A stretch of DNA of 64,000 bases from a phage: sequence record PZ445134.1; one strand, 5' to 3'. Position numbers and translations under genes: made by a program. This document shows positions 18,972 to 27,592 of the stretch, piece by piece; position 1 is the first letter of the stretch; every line of letters begins with the position of its first letter. The notes under the pieces are model-generated. The model worked only from the letters and a program-made list of their open reading frames with translations. It ran no database searches and was not told the origin of the DNA.

Positions 18972-19973
18972 TTATTTCAGTAAAGTAACTTCCGAGATTT
19001 CCTCCCAACCATCTTTATCAGTTGAAATAAAATCTGCTACGTAAAGAGCCGTACGTAATGATACATTGCGAAGACGAGATACGTTAGCCTTCATCCAGGA
19101 CAATGCTTTATACGTTTCTGCATCTGTCAGACCACGTTTCTGCATCATGTCAGTAGATAATATTACATCTTCAACTCGAACCATAATCTCTTCATTAGAG
19201 TGTACTCCAAGGTCGAGATACACTGAACGAGATACTAAAGCTTGAAGGTGCGGGGCAAGCTTCGAACCGCGTTCTAACTCTTTATCGATATCAACGTTTG
19301 TAATGAAAACGATAGTACCTTCAAACTCAAATTCTTTATCAATACCCTTATCATCGAGATAAGATGACGCAGTGCTCCAGCAAACTTTGCGTTTATCTCC
19401 GGTATCTAATGCTGCTTTAAGAAGGTTCAAGATGTCCATATCTGAGAATACGTCAACGTCGTCGATTAAGAGAACGCTGTCTGCATCACGGTTGAGCCAA
19501 AGTTGTTCGTAAAGGCCAATACCGGAGATTTTACCATTAATGCTTTTGTATTTGATGAAACCATTATCATTAGCATTATTAAGTGCTTTATCCAGAGAAT
19601 ACGTCTTACCAATACCAGCTGCACCTGAAATAATGAGTGAACGAATTTTGCCATCGATAATGCCATTCGTCATCATGTTCATTACTTTAAAGCGTTTGTT
19701 GATACGAGTTTTCATATCTTCAGTGCTTTCAACAACTGAAACTGGTGACGTCTCAGCTCCTTCCATTACGATGTCTGATTTGAAGACCCATACTCCACGT
19801 TCAGAACCATCAATCATAACGAAAATTTTACCATCACCTAAGTGGGAACATTCAGGATTAAGCTTTGCCGGAAACCATGTCTTTGTGGCAACATAAGAAC
19901 CAGAGATTTCGTTATTACGATAGATACCTTTTTTGATTTGAACGTTGAACATTTTATTCTCCAATTTACTCAT
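18972..19973 (-). CDS. P-loop ATPase (AAA-like)
   Basis: 333 aa; Walker A GAAGIGKT and Walker B VLLIDDVD. Confidence 0.6.
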   Translation of the reverse strand: MSKLENKMFNVQIKKGIYRNNEISGSYVATKTWFPAKLNPECSHLGDGKIFVMIDGSERGVWVFKSDIVMEGAETSPVSVVESTEDMKTRINKRFKVMNMMTNGIIDGKIRSLIISGAAGIGKTYSLDKALNNANDNGFIKYKSINGKISGIGLYEQLWLNRDADSVLLIDDVDVFSDMDILNLLKAALDTGDKRKVCWSTASSYLDDKGIDKEFEFEGTIVFITNVDIDKELERGSKLAPHLQALVSRSVYLDLGVHSNEEIMVRVEDVILSTDMMQKRGLTDAETYKALSWMKANVSRLRNVSLRTALYVADFISTDKDGWEEISEVTLLK

Positions 19974-19984
19974 TTCGTTTCGAT

Positions 19985-20020
19985 AGGTTTATAATAACAT
20001 GTTTAAAGCAAAAGTAAACA
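19985..20020 (-). promoter_or_regulatory. early promoter
   Basis: minus strand GTTTAC, 17 bp spacer, TATTAT. Confidence 0.5.
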
Positions 20021-20021
20021 A

Positions 20022-20240
20022 TTATTTGCGACGAGATTTTTTGGTAAGAGGTTGAAAGAACACTGCTTTACCTGCAGGAGTCAAAGTAACTCGTAATGCA
20101 TTACCGATTCCCAAGGATGCTTTAACAAGACCTTTAGATTTCAGTTCACCGAATGCTTGACGTTGGTCTGCATCACGAGTGTTAACCATAAGACCTTTAT
20201 CACCAGCTTCACGAATCATTTCTAACATTTTGGTTTTCAT
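20022..20240 (-). CDS. small putative DNA-binding protein
   Basis: track ORF 20022..20297 trimmed to MKTKMLEMIRE with SD GAGGAG; 72 aa; winged-helix-like composition is a guess. Confidence 0.4.
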   Translation of the reverse strand: MKTKMLEMIREAGDKGLMVNTRDADQRQAFGELKSKGLVKASLGIGNALRVTLTPAGKAVFFQPLTKKSRRK

Positions 20241-20261
20241 TTTGTTCTCCTCTTGTTTTGA

Positions 20262-20298
20262 TAGGTCTATAATAACATATCCTAAAAGTATGTACACT
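20262..20298 (-). promoter_or_regulatory. early promoter
   Basis: minus strand GTGTAC -35 variant, 18 bp, TATTAT. Confidence 0.4.
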
Positions 20299-20316
20299 AC
20301 TTTTTAAAAATATTTT

Positions 20317-20342
20317 GACCCCCTAAAGGGCCCTAAGGCCCT
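20317..20342 (-). terminator. GC hairpin after nucleotidyltransferase gene (weak terminator)
   Basis: AAGGGCC-TTAG-GGCCCTT immediately after stop at 20345; no clean U-tract. Confidence 0.35.
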
Positions 20343-20344
20343 TA

Positions 20345-21334
20345 TCATTTATAGTATGAATTGTGGTTTTCTAAGTAGACTTGCTCAAGGAAGTCATCCC
20401 AGAAACTCATATCTACTTTTTGCTGCATACCATTCTTGGAAGCTTGTTCTGACGCATGTTCAACTTGGTCAACGATATCTTCTAGGAATTCTTGTACAGT
20501 TTTAAACGTATGTTTACCAAGCTTAACATCGAGAATAAATGGAGCATCCTGAAGTGGGTAAACCAGGTCGCCGGTTTTGTAAATTTCCAATAGTTGAAGT
20601 CCACCGCGACATGCATGACTCAGTGCTTTCCAGTCAATACCTTCGTTAGCTTCTGCCTTACGAGCACGTTCACCATAGTTCTCTTCCAGTTTAACCAGGA
20701 TGGCATTGAACTCTTTATTGGTTAATGTGTCTTGGAATTTACGGTCCAACAGATTATAGAATGTTTGCTTACCTGTTTTCTCGTTTTCGGTTTCAACCCA
20801 TGAAGCAAATTCACCTACAGGCAGAACATTCTTCATATGTGATAAACGAATTACTGCACCATTATCAAAGTATTGTCCCCATTCATTAGAACGTTTAAGG
20901 GCTTGTCGAAGAACAGCCAGTCGAGAACCCTTGACACCATATTTAGAAGCTTGCTTACGGACATACCCTAAATAAGATTTCATGTTAGTAGTATAGAAAC
21001 GAGACCTGTTATCTTGAATATACTTCCACACGTCAGGCAAATCAGATTTAACTACTAAACTTGGTGGAGTGTGAAGCATATCTAATGCGACAGTTTCACC
21101 ATCCGCAGCTAGTTTAAAGAAATATTTGAGACTATACAACTCATGGTCCACGTCGTCTTTTGTGTTCTTAGAAGATGTGTTATTCGTGTTCTTGCTCATA
21201 TGTTCTTTAACGTTACCGGTCAAGATGTCACGAGCATGAGGGACATAAATTTCTTTAAAATCGACGTCAGATTCAGGAGTAGACGTTCCATAAAGGTGGC
21301 TACCAAAGTAGCCTTTCATAATTGTTTTCATCAT
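20345..21334 (-). CDS. polymerase-beta-superfamily nucleotidyltransferase
   Basis: 329 aa; N-terminal GSHLYGTSTPESDVD fits the GS-x(9-13)-D-x-D nucleotidyltransferase signature. Confidence 0.55.
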   Translation of the reverse strand: MMKTIMKGYFGSHLYGTSTPESDVDFKEIYVPHARDILTGNVKEHMSKNTNNTSSKNTKDDVDHELYSLKYFFKLAADGETVALDMLHTPPSLVVKSDLPDVWKYIQDNRSRFYTTNMKSYLGYVRKQASKYGVKGSRLAVLRQALKRSNEWGQYFDNGAVIRLSHMKNVLPVGEFASWVETENEKTGKQTFYNLLDRKFQDTLTNKEFNAILVKLEENYGERARKAEANEGIDWKALSHACRGGLQLLEIYKTGDLVYPLQDAPFILDVKLGKHTFKTVQEFLEDIVDQVEHASEQASKNGMQQKVDMSFWDDFLEQVYLENHNSYYK

Positions 21335-21804
21335 TTAGCCTTATATTCAAGAGTAGGACAGACTTTTTCTTTACGAGCTTTAAGGTATTCACCTATTAAT
21401 GATTTCTTACGTTCAATAGGTTCAAGTCCATTTTTAATTCGTTCTTGGTTTTGTGCAATGAACTCAATTTCTTTATAATATTTTCTGTCGTTATATTTGT
21501 CTAACAACCAAGACGGACCAATTACCAACACGGTAGCAATAAAAGCCATGACTGCTACAATTAAAATGCCTACACCAATTGAGGCTGGAACTAATGTCCA
21601 TAGACTGCTAAAAACAAAGAATTTAGTTAAAATTTCCTGGCCAATGATTGTTACTGCTGCTAAAATCGCAAATCCAATAATTGAAACAGCCAATACTGGG
21701 ATTAACGTTTTCCAAAAATAAGCACACAACGTTTTCGGGCGATTCCATGTACTATTGAACGCGGCATAAATTTTAAAGTGCCAAGAGTTTTCATTGATAA
21801 TCAT
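21331..21804 (-). CDS. membrane protein
   Basis: 157 aa with multiple hydrophobic helices. Confidence 0.45.
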   Translation of the reverse strand: MIINENSWHFKIYAAFNSTWNRPKTLCAYFWKTLIPVLAVSIIGFAILAAVTIIGQEILTKFFVFSSLWTLVPASIGVGILIVAVMAFIATVLVIGPSWLLDKYNDRKYYKEIEFIAQNQERIKNGLEPIERKKSLIGEYLKARKEKVCPTLEYKAK

Positions 21805-21813
21805 AATAATTCC

Positions 21814-22344
21814 TTATTTCAAAGTCGGGATAATAGAATCAAGATAAGCTTTAAGAGCAACTGCTTCATCTTTGTCTAATGTAACGATATGTTGACGAAG
21901 GTCATCAATTTGACGAATAACTACGACATCACCATCTTCATAAGAAGGATTAACGCCTAAGACCGTTGTAGAGTCAGGGTTGGCTGGATTTGTAATAAAA
22001 GCATTACGGCATTTAGCCCATTGAAGTTTGGCCTTTTTGGCTGTTTCAGATTCCACGAATTCTTTCACCTTAGTGACGAATGTTTTCCAATTATTAATAG
22101 AAAAACATTCGTCTTCAGTTTCGATATTAACACCACTATAAAGTCCATGATAAAAACGAACTTGAAGGTCTTCGTCAATGTTAATTACAGATGCATGGCC
22201 TGGTGGATTGAGTTTCAAAATCTTGTCAAGTTCCATAGGAAGAATAGTAGCAGCATCATCTTCTTGTGTCAGAACATACACATAACCACGTTTTTCGATA
22301 CATAAATCACCAAACAACTCGGTTGTTTCAATTACAGTTTTCAT
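21814..22344 (-). CDS. hypothetical protein
   Basis: track ORF begins at TTG; ATG at 22342-22344 with SD GGTGA preferred. Confidence 0.45.
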   Translation of the reverse strand: MKTVIETTELFGDLCIEKRGYVYVLTQEDDAATILPMELDKILKLNPPGHASVINIDEDLQVRFYHGLYSGVNIETEDECFSINNWKTFVTKVKEFVESETAKKAKLQWAKCRNAFITNPANPDSTTVLGVNPSYEDGDVVVIRQIDDLRQHIVTLDKDEAVALKAYLDSIIPTLK

Positions 22345-22345
22345 A

Positions 22346-22525
22346 TTATTCACCAATTAAAGTTTCAACAAAATTCACCAAAGCATTCTGACAAGCATCA
22401 ACCTGATTTTCATAAAAGTCTACATTATCATTTACCGCATGATAAGCTACATCATTCAAATCTGAATCAGCTTCGCGCAAGTCACGAATAAGGTCCATCA
22501 ATTTATTAGCTTGTTCACGGGTCAT
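22346..22525 (-). CDS. small hypothetical protein (59 aa)
   Basis: hand-translated MTREQANKLMDLIRDLREADSDL...; below track cutoff. Confidence 0.35.
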   Translation of the reverse strand: MTREQANKLMDLIRDLREADSDLNDVAYHAVNDNVDFYENQVDACQNALVNFVETLIGE

Positions 22526-22632
22526 TTTACCATACTCGTTTCAATAAGATTCACTATGCCGTTTACCATGTTATAAGTAAACATCGGATAATTATATTGT
22601 ACTACAACATAAGCGATAAGCAAAAGTTTCAT
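22522..22632 (-). CDS. small hydrophobic peptide (36 aa)
   Basis: hand-translated MKLLLIAYVVVQYNYPMF...; SD GGAGAA; stop overlaps next start (ATGA). Confidence 0.3.
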   Translation of the reverse strand: MKLLLIAYVVVQYNYPMFTYNMVNGIVNLIETSMVK

Positions 22633-22654
22633 TTTGTTCTCCATTTGTTTTGGT

Positions 22655-22692
22655 AGGACTATGTTATAGTAGTCCTACCAAGACGTAAACTA
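22655..22692 (-). promoter_or_regulatory. early promoter with dyad symmetry (PeSL-like)
   Basis: minus strand GTTTAC; inverted arms GGTAGGACTA/TAGTCCTACC spanning the -10. Confidence 0.5.
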
Positions 22693-22896
22693 CCGATTAT
22701 GTTTTAAATGTTGATAAAGTTCTTCAACTTGTTTAGGGTCCAAAACAATTAAGTCATTTTCTTGGCGAAGGTAAATCCATCCCTTATCCCCAGGACCATT
22801 TTTACAAAACATCACCACCGTATCATCATCTTCAGCGCTTTCAGGTAAAAGTTCAAGTACACCGTCTTCAGATTTTCCAGTATAATCGTAAAGCAT
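22690..22896 (-). CDS. hypothetical protein
   Basis: track ORF trimmed to internal Met with SD TGAGGA. Confidence 0.4.
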   Translation of the reverse strand: MLYDYTGKSEDGVLELLPESAEDDDTVVMFCKNGPGDKGWIYLRQENDLIVLDPKQVEELYQHLKHNR

Positions 22897-22903
22897 AATG
22901 TCC

Positions 22904-23083
22904 TCACATAATCTCGTTAACATACATTTGCAATTCGGTGTGGGCATCTGCCATCTTTTTCATAGCTCTGTTAATGTCGATGTCTCCATCTTCGCAACCA
23001 TGAGCATTTTCCCAATCGGATACAGCGTTAGCGTACTCTTCAATCAAAAACATTAACTTAGAAATTTTTTCTTTACGTGACAT
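22904..23083 (-). CDS. hypothetical protein
   Basis: track ORF begins at TTG; ATG at 23081-23083 with SD GAGGAG preferred. Confidence 0.4.
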   Translation of the reverse strand: MSRKEKISKLMFLIEEYANAVSDWENAHGCEDGDIDINRAMKKMADAHTELQMYVNEIM

Positions 23084-23104
23084 AACGTTCTCCTCTAGTA
23101 AGTA

Positions 23105-23140
23105 AGGTCTACTATAACACAACCTGAGGAGAAGTAAACT
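23105..23140 (-). promoter_or_regulatory. early promoter (PeSL-like)
   Basis: minus strand GTTTAC, 17 bp, TATAGT; inverted CTCCTC/GAGGAG arms. Confidence 0.5.
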
Positions 23141-23149
23141 GCTAAATGC

Positions 23150-23177
23150 AAAAAAGCCCCAACCTTTCGGAAGGGGC
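23150..23177 (-). terminator. rho-independent terminator (copy 1 of 3 identical)
   Basis: minus strand GCCCCTTCCGAAAGGTTGGGGC with GAAA loop, followed by T5-6. Confidence 0.65.
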
Positions 23178-23182
23178 TTTGA

Positions 23183-23740
23183 TTAGTTTTTGTAATATCG
23201 TAAAGGGTTGATATGGAATGAAAGCATTGCGCGTGGAATAGGACGACTCAAAAGACTCTTAAGTTTCCAACCACAGTAAACACGCAGATAAAATGTAATA
23301 CCACCAACCTTAAGATAAGGTATAGCAGCGAATAATCCCCATGCCGACTCGTTCCAAACTAAAAGATATCCATGATGTGCCGGATCAGGAGATCCAGATT
23401 TAGTTTCGGCGTTGCCTTTATAGTGCCATTCTGATGAAGCTTCGCGACCTAAAACATGATACGAAAAATTATATGCTTTGTTGCGCCATAGCCAAGCTAC
23501 GCGTTGAGCATATTTACCTATAACAGGAATTTTACGTATTTTAGACCAACGTTCAACATGGCCGCGGTCACCATCGATAGGATTATCGTAAGTCATCATC
23601 CAGTCAAAGCCATAAGGTAGTTTACCGGTTTTTTCACTATGGAATGGAACTACAAATGGTGCTAGAATAATTGCTAAAATCGCTGCGATCCAATCTATAG
23701 GAACAAGAACAACCCAACTTATGTATTTTAAAAATTTCAT
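23183..23740 (-). CDS. membrane protein, unknown function
   Basis: 185 aa; N-terminal hydrophobic helix WVVLVPIDWIAAILAIILAPFVV; gene bracketed by identical terminator copies. Confidence 0.5.
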   Translation of the reverse strand: MKFLKYISWVVLVPIDWIAAILAIILAPFVVPFHSEKTGKLPYGFDWMMTYDNPIDGDRGHVERWSKIRKIPVIGKYAQRVAWLWRNKAYNFSYHVLGREASSEWHYKGNAETKSGSPDPAHHGYLLVWNESAWGLFAAIPYLKVGGITFYLRVYCGWKLKSLLSRPIPRAMLSFHINPLRYYKN

Positions 23741-23772
23741 ATATCCTCTCTTAGTTTACAAGGATATTTATA

Positions 23773-23800
23773 CAAAAAGCCCCAACCTTTCGGAAGGGGC
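23773..23800 (-). terminator. rho-independent terminator (copy 2 of 3 identical)
   Basis: same 27-nt element aaaaagccccaacctttcggaaggggc; after rI stop. Confidence 0.65.
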
Positions 23801-23807
23801 AGGTAAA

Positions 23808-24110
23808 TTAGATAGATTTAGGCTCTAATTTTATTTTCATGAACTCTGCAAATTGTCTGGCAGTTTTTATGCCTTGTTCATGACATTCAAATGCATCATC
23901 ACAGGGGCTATTTTTGTAATGCTTTGCCATATACTTATAAAATTTTTCAGAATTCTCAACATTTTGAATTTCGAACAAAGTATATACGTTTTTAATCCCT
24001 GATTCCATAAAGTTGTCAAAGTACGGGTCGACATATGCAGTGCCAACTATAGGAGTTGTTGCTGCAAAAAACCCCAGCATCGCCACGATGGCTATCGCTC
24101 TTAAGGCCAT
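23808..24110 (-). CDS. rI: lysis inhibition regulator RI (antiholin)
   Basis: 100 aa; signal/anchor N-terminus and ...DPYFDNFMESGI... resembling T4 RI as recalled; adjacent to tk. Confidence 0.7.
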   Translation of the reverse strand: MALRAIAIVAMLGFFAATTPIVGTAYVDPYFDNFMESGIKNVYTLFEIQNVENSEKFYKYMAKHYKNSPCDDAFECHEQGIKTARQFAEFMKIKLEPKSI

Positions 24111-24122
24111 ATAGGCCTCCTG

Positions 24123-24335
24123 TTAATTTTGGCCAGTATTTATTTTTCGCCTTTGGACGGCCTTAACATCTGCGAGGTATTTTTCCAGCTTGCGCTTGCG
24201 TGTATAATCTGCTTTAGAACCAGTTTGACGGATATCCTCGTTTAAATGAGAAATAGAATGTCCTAATTCTCTTCGGATTTCATCCAATTGGGTTACAGTA
24301 AGATTACGAAGTTGTCTTTCGTTTAATTGCTGCAT
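24123..24335 (-). CDS. hypothetical protein
   Basis: 70 aa ORF. Confidence 0.45.
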   Translation of the reverse strand: MQQLNERQLRNLTVTQLDEIRRELGHSISHLNEDIRQTGSKADYTRKRKLEKYLADVKAVQRRKINTGQN

Positions 24336-24362
24336 ATATACCTCTTGGTTAGATATTAGTAT

Positions 24363-24944
24363 TTATAACAACCCTGTCAAATCATTCCAATGCTTCCGGC
24401 ATAATGACACATATCTATCAGTATCACCAATTTCAATTTGACTGCCATCTGTAATTGGAAGTCCGTCTTCCGTGACTCTAGCTACCATTGTGGCCTTTTT
24501 ACCACAATGACAGACACCTTTAAGTTCAACAAGCTTATCGGCAATAGCCATTAATGCTTGAGAACCTTCAAATAGATTACCTTTAAAATCTGTTCGTAGT
24601 CCATATGCCATTACCGGCACATTGTATACGTCAACAATACGACTAAGTTGATACACCTTTTCAGTAGTTAAGAACTGAGCTTCGTCAACAAATACACAAT
24701 GAATATCCTTTTGTGCTGCGGCCCATTTATAGAATTCAAAGATATCCATGTCTTTTGTAATTATATTGGCGTCCTGACGAATACCAATGCGAGAAACGAC
24801 TTCACAGACAGAATCGCGAGTATCAATAGCAGGCTTAAGAACTAATACACCCATTCCGCGTTCTTTATAATTATGCGCAGCAGTCAAAAGAGAAGCAGAT
24901 TTTCCAGCATTCATTGCTGCATAAGTAAAAATTAAACTCGCCAT
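24363..24944 (-). CDS. tk: thymidine kinase
   Basis: 193 aa; P-loop AMNAGKS; C-terminal zinc ligands CHCG...CRKHW. Confidence 0.9.
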   Translation of the reverse strand: MASLIFTYAAMNAGKSASLLTAAHNYKERGMGVLVLKPAIDTRDSVCEVVSRIGIRQDANIITKDMDIFEFYKWAAAQKDIHCVFVDEAQFLTTEKVYQLSRIVDVYNVPVMAYGLRTDFKGNLFEGSQALMAIADKLVELKGVCHCGKKATMVARVTEDGLPITDGSQIEIGDTDRYVSLCRKHWNDLTGLL

Positions 24945-24953
24945 ATCACCTTC

Positions 24954-25139
24954 TTAAAGCGTATTCACATAAGCTATTAATTCGTTTTCTTTCTTATCAA
25001 ACCGGTCAGCAAATTCTTCTTGTTGTTCGGGAGATAGCGGGCCGTATTCATCATAAAAGGTGTTTGCTTCTGCATGCTCATCTAGAAGTTCATGGATAAG
25101 CTCAAACAATTTATCTTTTTGTTCTTTACTCAGACTCAT
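24954..25139 (-). CDS. hypothetical acidic protein
   Basis: 61 aa ORF. Confidence 0.45.
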   Translation of the reverse strand: MSLSKEQKDKLFELIHELLDEHAEANTFYDEYGPLSPEQQEEFADRFDKKENELIAYVNTL

Positions 25140-25309
25140 ATATTAATTTCCAGGAGTTTTAAAATAATTCGCTTTTGCTTAAATATTTCCGTAGTTAAAT
25201 GGTCAGTATCTTTTTGACCGATTCCAATGGCAAAACCTTTATTAACAGCGAGTTCAATTAAATTATCAAGCTCACGTAACACTTCATATTGTAACTCAAA
25301 ACTATTCAT
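25136..25309 (-). CDS. small hypothetical protein (57 aa)
   Basis: hand-translated MNSFELQYEVLRELDNLIEL...; ATGA overlaps at both ends. Confidence 0.3.
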   Translation of the reverse strand: MNSFELQYEVLRELDNLIELAVNKGFAIGIGQKDTDHLTTEIFKQKRIILKLLEINI

Positions 25310-25533
25310 TTTGGTTTACCTTCTTTAACGAAATCGGGATAAGGATAAAATCCTGAATAAAATCCTTCACCTTTATGATTGATGCATCCTTTATTAGAAC
25401 AATAGCACCAATAGTCGAAATCACAAGCCATTTCATCATTACATAAAGCAAAAACTACAGGCCATTCGCATTTTTCGCATTTAGCACCTGTAAGAATTTT
25501 TGTTTGACTCATAGCCATGTCACCTTTAAGCAA
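25306..25533 (-). CDS. cysteine-rich small protein
   Basis: 75 aa with 9 Cys (CEKCEW...CNDEMACDFDYWCYCSNKGC). Confidence 0.45.
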   Translation of the reverse strand: MLKGDMAMSQTKILTGAKCEKCEWPVVFALCNDEMACDFDYWCYCSNKGCINHKGEGFYSGFYPYPDFVKEGKPK

Positions 25534-25736
25534 TATTCTTCTACATGTTGTTTACGGCCTTTCTTATCAATAAAGGTATATTCAACGAATGTTCCGATGT
25601 AGTCTTTATCTACATCATGTGGACTATTAATTGGACATTTGGTACGACAAATGCGTTCCCATTGACGAATAATTACTGCCTTATTCTTTGGGTCATATGG
25701 ATGTGGATAATGTATATTCATAATAATGGTTCCCAA
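25509..25736 (-). CDS. hypothetical protein
   Basis: 75 aa ORF. Confidence 0.45.
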   Translation of the reverse strand: MGTIIMNIHYPHPYDPKNKAVIIRQWERICRTKCPINSPHDVDKDYIGTFVEYTFIDKKGRKQHVEEYCLKVTWL

Positions 25737-26215
25737 TCAACAATCACAATTTCTAGTTTAGTGGAATATGTATCTAAAATCTCTTCGATTATATCCCAGT
25801 TTCCACCACCAATACCTGCACCAATTCTTGGCATATAAATTACAGGCTTTGTTATCTTATTCTTTCCGAATTCATTTAATTCTATTATACAATTCATTAA
25901 AGCAGAGTACTCAAAATTAGGTCCCGGCTCAAACTGTGTATAAAGATTAAAGCAATAAGCTTTATGGGTCTTAAAATATTTTTCATAAACCGAATAAGTC
26001 CCGAGTTTAGACTCGTCTCCGAATTCGGTTTGAAGTTTATCGGCTTCTAAAATTTTTGGATAAGCCTTTGCTAATTGTCCTGCCACACCGGCGCCCATTG
26101 TATGAAAACAATTACACCCATGAGCGATATTATTACCTTTAGAAAACAGGGCGACGATATCGCCCTTGATATAGTTTTTAATCACTTGCTGCAAGTCCTC
26201 TAGTATAAGAGTCAA
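25718..26215 (-). CDS. macro-domain protein (ADP-ribose binding/processing)
   Basis: 165 aa; glycine-rich motifs HGCNCFHTMGAGVAGQLAK and PRIGAGIGGGNW typical of macro domains. Confidence 0.55.
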   Translation of the reverse strand: MTLILEDLQQVIKNYIKGDIVALFSKGNNIAHGCNCFHTMGAGVAGQLAKAYPKILEADKLQTEFGDESKLGTYSVYEKYFKTHKAYCFNLYTQFEPGPNFEYSALMNCIIELNEFGKNKITKPVIYMPRIGAGIGGGNWDIIEEILDTYSTKLEIVIVDWEPLL

Positions 26216-26525
26216 CTAGGCGGTCTACCATAGAATTGCATGCTGCCTTATCTTTAGGTTCCGCCACCGAGCATTCTAATATTTGCCATTTTTTATGATA
26301 TCGTTTAATTAAGGTAGACGCCTTGAACCTACTAGACGCCCCATCTTTTTCTCCGTCTTTATACGCATATAACAATTTTTGTGAAAAATCTACTTTACAC
26401 TCTTGACTTTTACCGCAATAATCAGACGCTGTTCTGTTTGTATACTCCGTTACATCAGTATATGTAGTATTAGCAAGAGCGTTAAATGAAACCAAGCCAA
26501 CTATTAAAGCCAACATTTTGGTCAT
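26178..26525 (-). CDS. secreted small protein (vs position)
   Basis: 115 aa; signal peptide MTKMLALIVGLVSFNALA; four Cys; same length as T4 Vs but identity not verified. Confidence 0.4.
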   Translation of the reverse strand: MTKMLALIVGLVSFNALANTTYTDVTEYTNRTASDYCGKSQECKVDFSQKLLYAYKDGEKDGASSRFKASTLIKRYHKKWQILECSVAEPKDKAACNSMVDRLVDSYTRGLAASD

Positions 26526-27064
26526 TCTTTTATTTCCAGTAGTTTATTTGATTTAAGGTAATTAGCCTTTTCTAGGACTTCAGAAGCATATTTACTTCCA
26601 GCACTTGTCTTCCATCCCGCATTATATGAGGATATAGCCTTTCTTATATCCCCATTATGTATATTTAACCAATAAGAAAATTCGATATAAGCCCATCTGG
26701 CTGAATTAGACCGCTTAGATAGCATTTTCTTAATTTGGGCATCAGTCATATTATAACCAAGCTGGTTAATTCTTGCCCTCATTGTTGGTAGATAATTTTG
26801 GAACATTCCATACGCATGGTGACCTTTCTTATCTTTAAGATTAATACCGGCAGATGATTCCTGCCATAGTATTGCGGCCATTATGTATCCAAGTCCTTTC
26901 TTATGCATATTTTCATGCGTTTTAAATTTTCCATCCTTAGAAAACTGTTCCCCAAACTGATAAGCATAATTCAAGTTATCGAGTTGGACATTACTAAAAG
27001 TATGCTCGGAGCTATGTGCTGATAATGAAAGAGCAAATAGACCAGCGAGTAGTGCTTTTCTCAT
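26522..27064 (-). CDS. lytic transglycosylase-like protein
   Basis: 180 aa; signal peptide; SLT-like ...WQESSAG... AYGMFQ motifs. Confidence 0.55.
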   Translation of the reverse strand: MRKALLAGLFALSLSAHSSEHTFSNVQLDNLNYAYQFGEQFSKDGKFKTHENMHKKGLGYIMAAILWQESSAGINLKDKKGHHAYGMFQNYLPTMRARINQLGYNMTDAQIKKMLSKRSNSARWAYIEFSYWLNIHNGDIRKAISSYNAGWKTSAGSKYASEVLEKANYLKSNKLLEIKE

Positions 27065-27072
27065 GTTTACCT

Positions 27073-27531
27073 CTAGATTTTAATCACTGCTTTAGAAGCT
27101 TTTCCTGGTAGTCGTTTACTGTTAATAATAGCCATTCTGCATTGAAGAGTCTTCATTTTGAACGCTGGATTTTCGCGACAAACTGTAAGTCCTAACCAAA
27201 GATTTCCATCAGTTATTTCTAAACGGCCTGGGCGATATTCAACACCTTCGACAAAATCTTCATCAACATCTGGACGTGCCGGCATTGATAAAAATTCTGC
27301 AACTTCTTTAACATGATTTTTTACTTTACGAAATAATTCAAAAACGTAGTTCTCATCTATTTCTCTCTGGATGGCACGATCTAAGAGATGTTGAGAATAC
27401 TTGATATGAAAGCCTGGTAGTCCAAGAGACTTTGCAGCATCTTTTATACCGGCATTTATTTTGCGGAACTCCGTTTCAAAGATTCGACGGAGTTTATTAC
27501 GGCGGATAAAAACGTCAGAATTGATAGTCAT
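27073..27531 (-). CDS. regB: endoribonuclease RegB
   Basis: 152 aa; close match to T4 RegB as recalled (MTIN..VFIRRNKLRR..FHIKYSQHLLDRAIQREIDE). Confidence 0.85.
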   Translation of the reverse strand: MTINSDVFIRRNKLRRIFETEFRKINAGIKDAAKSLGLPGFHIKYSQHLLDRAIQREIDENYVFELFRKVKNHVKEVAEFLSMPARPDVDEDFVEGVEYRPGRLEITDGNLWLGLTVCRENPAFKMKTLQCRMAIINSKRLPGKASKAVIKI

Positions 27532-27549
27532 TTTGATTTCTCCTCTAGT

Positions 27550-27588
27550 TGACAGGTCTATAGTAACACAACTAGAGGAGAAGTAAAC
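27550..27588 (-). promoter_or_regulatory. early promoter with dyad symmetry (PeSL-like)
   Basis: minus strand GTTTAC, 17 bp, TACTAT; 10-bp arms CCTCTAGTTG/CAACTAGAGG. Confidence 0.5.
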
Positions 27589-27592
27589 TACT

